Origin: Antedon mediterranea | Lineage: Eukaryota; Animalia; Echinodermata | Assembly: GCF_964355755.1 (NCBI RefSeq) | Contig: NC_092677.1 | Location: 11,430,101-11,494,100, forward strand | Direction of reading: 5' to 3' | DNA: 64,000 nt | Shown here: in pieces, positions 12,060-24,900 of the stretch | Numbering within the stretch: position 1 is the first letter of the stretch | Layout of the letters: the number at the start of each line of letters is the position of its first letter | Program-made: the position numbers and the translations under genes | The notes under the pieces: generated by a model | Databases searched by the model: none | What the model was told of the DNA's origin: nothing | The model's input: only the letters and a program-made list of their open reading frames with translations

Positions 12060-15000
12060 TTATTCCGAATCTTCGCTAACAATTTCTTTCCACACCGCAC
12101 CATAATGTTTTCCCAGATTATTATGATTCGAAAAAAGTGGTTTAAATAAACCACTAACACCGTTACCTTCCAAAACTTTTTCCGATTTAGCAACTTTTTT
12201 CCTTGGCAGACAAACGGCAACCGACTTTGGTGCAAGCGTGGTTCCAACAGTGATATCATCAACAGCTGTTGATTTTACGGAAAATTTTTTGGAAACCTTT
12301 TCTTGTGAGACAGATAAAATTCTTGATGTCTTTAAAACTTTTTTGCTCTTGTTTTTAGCAGATCTGTCAGTCTTGTCTTTACTTGAATATTTCCTTTTTT
12401 CAGTTGCTTTTCCCATCCATTTTTTTCCATCACTCTGTCCCTTCTCTGGTGGCTCTTTCTTTCTCCATATTTTTACAATATCAATACCATCTTCACTTTC
12501 ATAACCACTTCCTGATTTCTTTGAAACTTTATTGCTGTTGTTTTTAGCAGATCTGTCAGTCTTGTCTTTACTTGAATATTTCCTTTTTTCAGTTGCTTTT
12601 CCCATCCATTTTTGTCCATCACTCTGTCCCTTCTCTGGTGGCTCTTTCTTTCTCCATATTTTTACAATATCAATACCATCTTCACTTTCATAACCACTTC
12701 CTGATTTCTTTGAAACTGTATTGCTCTTTTTAGCAGATCTGTCAGTCTTGTCTTTATTTGAATATTTCCTTTTTTCAGTTGCTTTTCCCATCCATTTTTG
12801 TCCATCATTCTGTCCCTTCTCTGGTGGCTCTTTCTTTCTCCATATTTTTACAATATCAATACCATCTTCACTTTCATAACCACTTCCTGATTTCTTTGAA
12901 ACTTTATTGCTGTTGTTTTTAGCAGATCTGTCAGTCTTGTCTTTATTTGAATATTTCCTTTTTTCAGTTGCTTTTCCCATCCATTTTTGTCCATCATTCT
13001 GTCCCTTCTCTGGTGGCTCTTTCTTTCTCGATATTTTTACAATATCAATACCATCTTCACTTCCATAATCGCCTTCTGTCATCTCCATATCCAACTTTAT
13101 TTTTTTATGACCAATTTCTTTATAATCTGGTTTCTTTTTGTGATTTGTATGTTTCCCTTTTTTGTTGGATGATTTATTTACCTTTTTAAAACTGTTTTTC
13201 ATTGCATTCAAATATGCTGAAAATTCTCTTTTACACAAGTTTCTGAAAAATAAAAGTTAAAATATCATTTATTATTATTTATATGATAATTTGTACATTA
13301 TTTGTGGTAACAATTTTAAATTACAAATTAATTATAATTTATTAGTATATGCAACAGTATAAAGTGTCTTACCTTTTCAGAAAAATGTTTGATTTAGATG
13401 GTTTATGAGGTTGCTTAACATATTTCGCTATTGCCCATAACCTTTTCAAGTTTAGTTTTTTAGATTTTAACTGACTGAAAAAAATAATTAAAATTAAATT
13501 AAGTAAAGAAGTAAAGATTTACGACACAATATGCAGTTGTATATAGGTAGTTGCTTCAGGGAGCTTTCGATTTCAATTTACATAAATTATCTCAATGTCA
13601 AAATTTTGATATTTGAATATCAAACTTTATGTGACAAATAAATGTGATGTGGACACGGTGATGTCACATCATTACCATATTTAGGCACATCACACTTATT
13701 TTGTCAAACTAGTTTGATAGTGTAGACAGGCAACCCAATTAATACTTGATCAATAGTATACAGTATAAACACTATCAAACTACTGTAGTTTGTTTAAGTT
13801 TAAAAAAACAATGTGATGTGCCCAAATATGGTAGTGATATGATATCATCATGTCCATATAATGGGCACATCACCTTTTGTTGTCACATAAAGTTTGATAG
13901 TGTAGACAGAGTTTAATAAAAGGTACTGTAGTCTCTTACCATCGATGCCTTCTTGGTTTATGCATCATAAACAAATCCCCTTCACTGTCGTATTCAAGAC
14001 CTGAATATCCAATGATTGACACTTCCAAAGTATCTAAAGACCCGTTTACACTTGGTGATCTCAAATCTTGATATTCACTATCAACAGGTTGACCTGTACT
14101 ACTTTCAGAAATAGAACCATCATATGCATTTGATGTTGTATCACTTTGGAATGTTGAACTGTCTGACCATGGAGTAAGTTCGTTTTTAGTTACTCCATAA
14201 TCTGACGAGGTAACATTATGCAGAGGACTAGGTCTAGATGAAAACATTTCGCTGCACGTGGATGCTAACGGAGGTCTAAGGTCAAATGCATGATCTTTTA
14301 CAAGTCGTCCTTTTCTTGTAACAACTTGCTGCATACCAGATGAGAACATTTCACTGCACGTGGATGTTTCCGACGTTGACTGAGGTCCAGCTTTAAATGC
14401 ATGATCACGTTTTGCTTTTCTTGTAACAACTTGCTGCATACCAGATGAGAACTTTTCACCACATGTGGATGCTTCAGACGTTGACGGAGGTCCAGCTTTG
14501 TATGGATGATCATGTTTTGCTTTTCTTGTAACAACTTGTTGCAGACCAGATGCTGAGAACCTTTCACTGCACGTGGATGTTTCCGACGTTGACCGATGTC
14601 CATCTTTAAATGTATGATCACATTTTGCTTTTCTTGTATCAACTCGTAGCAGACCAGATGAGAAGCTTTCACCGCATGTAGATGCTTCAGACGTTGACGG
14701 AGGTCCAGCTTTGTATGCATGATCATGTTTTGCTTTTCTTGTTTTCGAAATCTTCTTTAATTTTGGAAGACAATTATTATTTCTTAATTCTGAATACCTG
14801 GGTATGATATAGAAAGTCAGAAAATCAAATTTATGCACCCTTTTATATTTTGAAATACGCTTACTTGACAGCACCCCAATAAATTATAATTATAGAAAAC
14901 AAAATTCTCACCGTCAATAGGCCTATTAATATTATATCAATAACAATGCAAACAAATTAATTTGCCACAAAATACATTCCTGTAGGCCTATCAATATATT

Positions 15001-15262
15001 ATGTAGCAGGCTCTGTAGGGTGCACTGTGTGCGTTACTGGCTTAGTATTACTATTAGCTAGATGCTTAACTAGTTAGGCTCCTAGCTAGAGGCCTAGCTA
15101 AACTAGTCTACTCTAGAATTAATATTTCATTACAATTATTCTAATATTGTCTTAGCTGTGATTGTCTATATTTTATAACCTTAAATTAATATAAACGTAC
15201 AGCAATTCAAACTTCTGGTTTGTTAAAATTTGTTCATTTTCATAAACACTTGATGAATTCAT
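12060..15262 (-). CDS. Uncharacterised Lys/Ser-rich repeat protein, ~730 aa, 4 exons (15262-15201, 14797-13940, ~13474-13373, ~13242-12060)
   Basis: GT-AG junctions join MNSSSVYENEQ...ELL|YSELR...HRC|QLKSK...LKR|NLCKREF... in frame. No recognisable domain. Confidence 0.65.
12340..13070 (-). repeat. Coding tandem repeat, 4 x 186-189 bp (62-63 aa)
   Basis: GATCTGTCAG recurs at 12361, 12550, 12736 and 12925; peptide unit SEDGIDIVKIWRKKEPPEKGQ...KDKTDRSAK. Confidence 0.95.
14250..14745 (-). repeat. Coding tandem repeat, ~4 x 126-129 bp (42-43 aa)
   Basis: Unit TRKAKHDHxxKAGPxSTSExSTCxExFSSGxQQVV repeats in ORF 13936-14874. Confidence 0.9.
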
Positions 15263-15974
15263 TTCTAAAAAACCCGGTGGCATGGCATGGATGGATTTTT
15301 CGATGCCAAGAAGCCACCCGGGTTTTTTTCGCGGGGGAAAACCGACTTGTTGTCGATTGAGGGCCTCCTCCTATTAAAATTAATGGAGCATGCAAGAGTT
15401 GTTTGTGTGTTGTGTTGACAACTCTCTTTTTTCTTTCTGCATGATGATTAGATTTGGTTTCCTTTAAGATTTCATTTGTAATAATAATAATGTTATTTAA
15501 TATGTAGCAACTTTTGTTTCTGACTTTAGTCATTGCAACTCATCCATCTGGCCTTGTAAAATATTGTATTTATTAGGTACACTTGTTAGGCTAGCTAGGG
15601 CCTAACTAGGCCTAGGCCTAGGCTTAGTAGCTGCTATTATTATAGATGATGAGAAGGGGGCAGAAGAGAGCCGGCCATAGATAGGGCCTAGCTAGAAATT
15701 GGAGAGGGTAGGCCTAGGCCTAGTTGTTTTCAATAATGTTTTAATAATACCTAAAACAGTAGAATGTATTGAATAGAAAAGGCCTAGAGGCTAGGCCTAT
15801 CTATATTGTTTATTATAGAAAAATAAGATAATAAAACAGAATTGTTCCAGAAGAAGATTTATATAAAATAGCATTTTAATCTGCACAATTGAACATATAA
15901 ACAGCTCTCAATATTTTATATTTTTCTAATGAATGTTTAATTTATATTTTTCATAGAGACAGTAATACAATACA

Positions 15975-18900
15975 ATGGCCAACTGTGAAGATGTTGACTT
16001 GTTGCCTAGTATTCGGCAGTTAATCACCAAAATAGAACCCGCTATACAATCGGCTGACTCGTTGGAAGCGGCTGAGGAGCTAATTCTACATCTTGAGGCA
16101 ACAGATGAAAATTTTCATAGGTTAGATAACATAATTATTAATAACATTTATATTTATTTTTTGTGGTTTGATTTGGGCTTGTCCCATTTGTGGTATAAAT
16201 TATTGTTTGATATGATCCTTAATATTTTTTTTAAACAACATAATCCTTGATTGATTGATTGATTGATTTTATTCGATATTCATACATAAAAAGTTAAAAT
16301 ATACAATGTATTAAAGAATACCTGGATAACCCATTAAATCGACAAAAAAGTAAACTTATTTCCAATGGGGTCCAATCCGTAATGACTGAAAAGTGAGTGG
16401 TTGGGCCTAGTACAATTATCATTAAGTATGACTCAGTAAAAATGAAAAAAACAAGAAAATACATACAAGACAAGATAACATCAAAAAAACAATATTAAAA
16501 ATAACTTAATTAAACTGAAATTCTTTAATATTTCACATCACAAGGGACATACAAGTCTACCATGTGCAAATAAATATAGATAAACAAGAATATACATTAC
16601 AATACAGAAAGAATTAAAAGACGTTTACTGTATAATTTACAGGAAGAGTTTATTGTAATAGACATTGATTATACCAGACTGAAATATATTTTTTACCTTT
16701 TGTTGCCATTTTGGTATATCTTATTGTTTTATGGCAATAACAAATAATTTTTATGTATATAGGTATGAATATGTAAAGTACATTCGTCAACGTTTGGATG
16801 AAGTGTTAGGCCCGTTGATTGAAGATCAGATGGAAAAAGAACGGCACAAGATGCACACTAAAGGCTCAGAAGAGGACCTTGTTAGGGCCGTCACAGAACA
16901 TGTCGTCAATGATCAAACGTAAGTATGGGTGACATGTTGTGTCAAAAAATATTTGTTAATGTTGTTGCAAAGGAGTGTATATTTTATAAATAACACTAGA
17001 AACTGTAGGTACCCTTTAATATCAATTAAATTTGTGTTTATTTCCACAATATAACAACATAAAATATACAAAAACAATGTTTACAAACTAGTTTAGTTAC
17101 CGTATATCTTCTGGTATAATCCCACCCTCCTAGAACACTAAATTGGGCAAACATTGACGGGTGGGACTACACCCGGGAAAAATCTTGGTTCAGTAAAAAA
17201 ATCTTTGGTAAGCAAATCTTGTAAAATCTCATCTGAACTCGCTATAGAGAGGCTTACATCCATACCAAACATCAATACTGGGACTATACCCGAGAATAGG
17301 CCTGTTTGTGAAATCAGACATAAAATAGGGGTGGGATTAGACCCGAAGTGAGATTATACCTGAAGTGGAATTATATCCGAGGATATACGGTAATACATAA
17401 ACTTGCATATAAATACAATGAATTGCTTATTAATATTATTTTTTTTTTAATTTTGCTTTCAGCTATTCTGACATGATGCAAAATATGAAACAACTCACGA
17501 CCAACTCGGTAGCACGTTTGTTGCAAACATTTGACGAGGATCACAGCGAGCATCTTATGAAAGCAACTCAGTATACAAGGAGAGAGAGTCCTAAGAGATT
17601 TAGCTTTGAATTCAGTGAAGGAAGCTCTTCTTCATTTGATTCTTCTTTTAACCAAGGTTTTATGTTCATGAATCAGGAGCACTTTATCGCCATCTCTGAA
17701 AATCTTGAGCCTTTAAAATCTTTGAAAGTAAGTATCTCCTACTAAAATGTACAAACAAATGTGTACTAATGGATTAACAATCTTTAAGCTCTGTCTACAC
17801 TATCAAAAATTATGTGACAACAAAAGGTGATGTGCCCAAATATGCAATCATATGCTTAAATATGGTAGTGATGACATCATCATGTCCATATATGGGCACA
17901 TCACATTTTTGTCGCATAAAGTTTGATAGTTAAGGCAAAGCTTAACATCAACACCAATTTCTTTCAGTTCTCCCTTAAATTGTACATATTATATGTTTTT
18001 TCAAATTTACCTCTGACACCTGTACCCAATCCAAGTGTAGTGTTGATACAAGCTGCAACATGATCAACGTACAAAGTACAATATGCTCACCTCTATTCTA
18101 TATTTTAGAATAATTTTTTTGTGTCTGCTATACAGTAATCACTGCCTTATTGAATGTGTCCAATCCTTGTTAACATGAAAACAAAATTCTATCCTTAACA
18201 AGTATTACATGGTTGCAGTGGGTCTATAGTATATTTAGTATACAAACAAGGTTAATGTATGACAAGTACAATTTACGGAAAGCCTCATTAAGTGACAATA
18301 TTCTATATTTTAGAATCATTATTTTGTTTATTGTATATCCAGTATATAATCAATGTCAATGTAAGACAATATTTTATAATTTTAATTAGACAAGACAAGA
18401 TGCTATGACCAAGCTTTGTCAGATTCCGCCATCAGATGTTATGGCGTGTGACCAATGGGAACATTTACGAGCCGGACTGACCAGCGCCCTTGCTGATCCA
18501 GATCAATATTTGGAGGTTAGTCAATATAAATTTTAATCCTAGACAGTCACAGCAAAATTAAATTACTAAATATTTTAGAACATTGTTTTTGATATCATTT
18601 TAATGTTCTAATTTCAGGAGAAATCTCTTCTGTTCCATGCTAAGATGTTTTCTGCAAAATCTCATACAATCAGCAAAGAGGTGTATACCAGTTTAGGTAA
18701 GTATATGGTGGATTTCTGTACGGTAGATCCCCTATCAGGGGTACACCTTTGGGCCCCATGAAAGCGTCCCTTCAATGAGGATATACTCTGACTATTTTTA
18801 AAAGGAATACATTTATTTATTCTGGTAATCTTCATAGTATCTATATTTATATTTTAAACATAGTGGAGCTGTAGCTTGGTGGCTAACAATAACATGCTTG

Positions 18901-21900
18901 CCTTCCAATCCCAAGGTCCGGGGTTCAATCCTGACCTAGTGCCGGGGCTATAACTTGCGACTCTTTCAACTCCACTCCCTAAACGCTCAAAAGAGACTTA
19001 GTTCATAAGCATGTTAAATTATAAAATGGATGCGTATTAATTAAATATTTATAAAATCCTTCTGGCTAAAATGTTTTAAATGTTACAAATTTTCAGTTGA
19101 TTACCTCTGCACTGAGTTTACAGCAAGAAAGAGTAAAACAATGTATTTGAAAGATGGATTGGATCTTGGTAACCTTAGCAACAAACGACTTCTTCGTAAG
19201 GTATGTTAAGCTCTGTTTACACTATTGAAACTTTGTGTGACAAAAAAATGTGAAGTGCCCATATATGGACATGATGATATCATATCACTACCATATCTAA
19301 GCATATCACTACCATATTGGGGCACATCACACGTTTTGGGTCAAACTAGTTTGATAGTGTAGACAGAGCTTTATAGTTGCTTTGTAGATAATCATGATAG
19401 AGTATTCACTTACATGCGTCATGACAATTATGATTATTGTGTTTTCTTTTTCTTGATAGTTTCGATTATTAAATGAATTTCAAATAGAAGTGTCTTCCTA
19501 CTGGGTTAGATTTCCAGAAAGGTAAATCAAATTTGATTTTATTAAAGTATTTTAATATAGTAAGCTCTGTCTACACTATCAAACTTTATGTGACTAAAAA
19601 AGTGTGATGTGCCCAAATATGGTAGTGATATGCTATTATGAAGCCCGGTTAGCTCAGTTGATAGAGCATCAGACTTTTAATCTGATGGTCAAGGGTTCAT
19701 GCACCTTATTGGGTGTATTCGTTTTGGTCTCAAATGATCAGCAATTGCTGGATGAATCACCCTCATTAAATATGCTTCAAATGCTTAAATATTGTAGTGA
19801 TATGACATCATCATGTCCATATTGCTGGATGAATCACCCTCATTAAATATGCTTCAAATGCTTAAATATAGTAGTGATATGACATCATCATGTCCATATT
19901 GCTGGATGAATCACCCTCATTAAATATGCTTCAAATGCTTAAATATAGTAGTGATATGACATCATTGTGACCATATATGGGCACATCACATTCACATTAA
20001 ATTTGATAGTGTAGGCAGAGCTTTATGTCATAATAAATGAGGAGCAGTAGCTTTTTATGCAAGTCTTCCAATCCAATCATGGTGCAGCGTTCAACTGTAA
20101 AGCTCTGTCTTCACTATCAAACTTTATGTGAATGTGATGTGCCCATATATGGTCACAATGATGTCATATCACTATGTTACAAATTTTCAGTTGATTACCT
20201 CTGCACTGAGTTTACATTTGGTTTGATTGTTCCTACTCCACTCCCTCAACTTTATCCATCCTGTAATTGGCAAGTTTCTAGCTGTTGGTTGTGTATGAAA
20301 TAAAAAATAAAATTTATGAAACTACTATAGGACAGTTTAAAAAGATGTGAAACCTCACAATAGGTGATCAATGTGATTTCTCTTTAGTTTTGTTGAGGAT
20401 ATTTTAGAGAAGACTGTGAAACTAATAGGCATCAACTCGTCCAGCCTGCTGAGCTCAATGGAGATCGTTTGCCCTATTCACTGCATCGCTTTGCTGGATC
20501 CAAAGGCTAGGTGGTTTAAAAAATGGATGGTAAATATCACACTACTACTTTCAAAATTGGGATAATACCATTAATTATAATAATAATAATAACTAATTTT
20601 GATTATGAATAACACAACATGAAGACTTGTTAAACTGTGACAGGTGAGAATCTAATTTTAGAAATGTCTGTCTGCAAAATGTGTGGTTGCCACAACCCAA
20701 TTTGACTTCGACTTTGATATCATATACGTTTTTTAGTAATCAAATTTACATGAAAATACCTCTTTCGGCCTGCACACATATATCGGTACATTAATTGGAA
20801 CAAATGCTTGTGAGAGGTTGGTGTGGTTCAATGATCCAATGTTATTGTGTTGTATGATATTGTTGATCATTAAAATTACCATGTTTTTTTATTCCATTGG
20901 CAGCATGGTCATTACAGCAGAACTTTTGTTCTCAAGGCATTAACAGCCAATTTGGGACTGGTAAGAACCTTTATTTAACTAAAATAAAATTTGTTTATGG
21001 CAAATAAAATAATTCCATTGATTGGTTTGGTCTAAAGATCTGTCTACACTTCAAATATGGTAGTGATATGTCCAAATATGGTAGTGATATGTCCAAATAT
21101 GGTAGTGATATGACATCATCGTGTCCATATATGGGCACATCACATTTTGTTGTCACATAAAGTTTCATAGTGTAGACAGAAAGAACTAGTTCGACAAAAA
21201 AAGTGTGATGTGCCCATATATGGTAGTGATAACCTTAGATATGGTAGTGATATGGTATCATCATGTCCATATATGGGCACATCACATTTTTTTGTCACAT
21301 AAGGTTTGATAGTGTAGACAGAGCTTTAAGTGATTTTGAATTTAAATTTGCAGGTTGAGAATGCATTGCGTCAATGTATGGAGTTCATTGCAAAGTCTGA
21401 CACTCAACTTGATTCTGTTAGTAGTTTGACTGAAACATTTGATAAACAAAAGATAGGTAAGGTACTCTTGCACTAAATTATTTAATAAATTAGTTTACAA
21501 ATAATTAGTTTAATAATAATGGTACAAAATCAGAGTGCGTTAGTGGAGATGCGGTGCACTCGAGGGTATTTAAAATGGCGCGACATGCATGAGGCCAAGA
21601 CCAAATCACCGCCGGACCTAGGCCTAGAAAAACAGCGGTGTACCAGAATTGACGGTTTGATTGGTGTGCGTTTGCTGCAGTGCAGACACTGGTTCTTACT
21701 CATAAATCGTGCAGTGCCAAGCACTATTAGTATTCTGCCATAAGATTTACATGCAGTGCTTTTATGCTTTTTTACTCCAGTGCATGATAGTGACAAAATA
21801 TTCTCTTATAGACTCATTTCAGCATGTTTGATTGGCTACGTCCTTGAACCCATGTTGTAAAGGCTTTTACTCCACTACATTCATATTATTATTTTTTTAT

Positions 21901-24900
21901 GTGCCATCATCAATACTATTTTTAAACGTCTGTTTGTTCTACTTTAGTTGATATGCATTCTCCAATGTACTTTGAGAAAGACTTGCGATTCGTTCATTTT
22001 GTACACTCATTGTCTCTGATTGGTCGTATTTTAATGTATGCAGGAGGACGAAAATTGTTTCCAATTAACTCCAAAGAGGGCCTAGGTAGGTAAACATTTG
22101 GTTTTCTGTTACCGATTCCTTGTATTATGTTCTATTTATGTGGTATTTGAATTCTTAAGCTTTGTCTGCACTATCAAACGTTATGTGACAACAAAAATGT
22201 GATGTGCCCATATATGGGCATGATGATGTCATATCACTACCATATTTGGGTATATCACTACCATACTTTTTTTGTCAAACTATTTAGATAGTGTAAACAG
22301 AGCTTTACACACAAGAGAGTTAGGCATTATTTTGTGCCTTCTTTTTTTTTTATTAGTGAGCATACAAGATCTAATGGTTTCCCTAGTAACATTACTGGCA
22401 GATACAGCTCAAACTAAATCTACAACAAAAAATATCAGTGAGTGTTACCAGGAATAAATTAATTGAAAAAATTAATAATTCATTCATTTGTATTGAAAAA
22501 GAAGTATATTGATTTGTATGTTTATTGTTTTATAGACAAGCTGAATCCTGCTGTATTGGTGACCAACACATTCAAAATGCTTTGCTCATCGAAGCAGGCG
22601 TGTCAAACCTGTTTTTGTACGGATGTGTTCATTGGTCACTTGATTACGCCTGTTCTTGAATGGCTAGATGTAAGTAACGTTCAAAATTTAACTTAGGTTC
22701 AATAGTTATTACAATCATTTTAAATGTTTTAAATAAAGAAAAAATAATTTGTTATTTTTCTAGGATGACCCTAATGATGAGCTTCCCCAAGAGGCAACAC
22801 TTCTGCACATCGCTGATATCTTGTCTGCTATTGCATCATGGGAAGCAGGAAGACATATCCTGTTATATGGAGAAAATGGCGAGAAATTCAAAGAAAATAG
22901 GTATTATTCCACCTTAGTTTTCAGTAAATAAGGCATTTAAAAAGAATATATGTGAGTAAAGCAAATAAACAATAAGTAAAGTAAAATATATCATCTATTG
23001 GTTTTATTTGTGCATTATATACTAAAATGCACTGTCATAAATATTGTTGTGCCCTAAAGGCACAGTAATATCTTCTGGTAACAACCTGTTGTCATAGATG
23101 GGAAAATTGCTGGTTTGGTATCAATTTATTATTTATTTATTTGTTATGCTCTTGTTCATCTTGCTTTCATAGGTCTGCTGCAGTACATATAATTGCAGAG
23201 TTTTCGTGCAGAGCACTCAACGGAACCTTCTCAAACACGTTCGGTGTTGGACCAAGTCGTGCAGTTGCTGGAGCTTACCTTTACCTCTGTCGGCAGTTGT
23301 ATAACACCTGTGAGGGCAGGCTTGCACTTCATCCGTATAAACTTCACACAATTGTTGCAGATGCTTGGAAAGAGGTACAAACAAACATATAATAATATAC
23401 AAATAATGAATGTTCATAAGTGTAATGGTACAAATAATTGCATGAGGTGAATGATGAAAGGTTATATTTCAAAGAGGCGAAGCCGTACTATTGCATGTGA
23501 CCCACAATCGTCCAATCAAATGACAGGAATTTATTTTGGTGTTATATAATATCATTTGTGTGGCCTTTATACCTTCAACCTTAAACTCATAATCTTTCAT
23601 GTAGAATATTGCTAAAATAGGAATGTATATTTATACAGGTTGTTCGTGAGGTCGAAGAAAAGACGCCTACATTTGGAGCCGATGGTGGTACTGTTGTAAG
23701 CCCTGCCTCTGAAGATGCTGTAGCTTGGGAAAATACATTAATTGATAATCTGCTCAATTTTGCAGGCACACCAAAAGTAAGTATGTAAAGATCAGGTTTT
23801 AAAATAAACAAACCATCATCTTTAATAACAAAACATAATAAATTAAATTTGTTTATTTTATTTCAGGGTTTGTTGTTCTTGCAACAGACAGGAGCAATGA
23901 ATGAGTGTGTTACGTATATGTACACTAGATATGAAAAGAAACTCCAAGTAAGTATATCAAATAAACCTTAATTTTTCTAAAGGTCTGTCTACACTATCAA
24001 AGTGTCATGATCCCAAATAGGGCAGTGATATGCCCAAATATGCTAGTGATATGCCCAAATAGGGCAGTGATATGCCCAAATATGCTAGTGATATGCCCAA
24101 ATATGCTAGTGATATGCCCAAATAGGGTAGTGATATGACATCCTCATGTTTATATACCTGTATAGGCACATCACAATTGATAGTGTAGATAGAGCTTTAG
24201 AAAGCCCTAGGGGTCTAGTGCCTGCATATCTTCTCATTTTCACTGTATACTTAAATGGTGACCATCCAGTCATACAGTATACTGGACATTTAAGTCTCTC
24301 TAGAGTTTCTCTATTCTAAATCGTCCGGTGATATTTTATCAATATGTTCAGTATTATAGAAGAGGAAAATTTCCTAAGGCCTAGTAGTAGTACTGGCAAG
24401 AAGAGATTACTATTGTAGACCATCACTACCATATTTGGGGATATCACTACCATATTTGGGTACATCACACTAGTTTGATAGTGTAGGGAGAGCTTACCAT
24501 ATCTTCTTCATTTACAGGTGAGCAAGACTGAGAAATTTGGTTATGGCACGATGGTGACACAAGTTGCTGCTACTGCACCTGGGATGGTAGCACTAAAGAG
24601 CTCTGGTTTTATTAAACGTATTGTTAATGAATTATGGACTGTGTTAGAATGTGGACGGGACGATAAGCCGGTTCTGCGCCCTTCTCCCACACCCGTTGAT
24701 CCGATTGATAGAACAGCTTTTAAGGTTTGCTAAATATCAATTTCTTTCTATGAAAAAGAATAAGAAAAAAACTAAATTTAACGTAACAAACAAGTCTCTA
24801 AAGATCTGTCTACACTATCAAACTTTATGTGACAAAAAATATGATGTGCCCATATATGGACATGATGATGTCATATCATTACCATATTTAGGCACATCCA

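Noticed and set aside
15495-15540. RFX X-box for the ciliary gene TBC1D32
   Set aside because: Only half-sites (GTAGCAAC, TTGCAAC) are visible, which is too weak to call.
19643-19715. Functional tRNA-Lys gene
   Set aside because: Loss of the invariant D-loop GG, a T-stem mismatch and an altered T-loop; embedded in a MITE.
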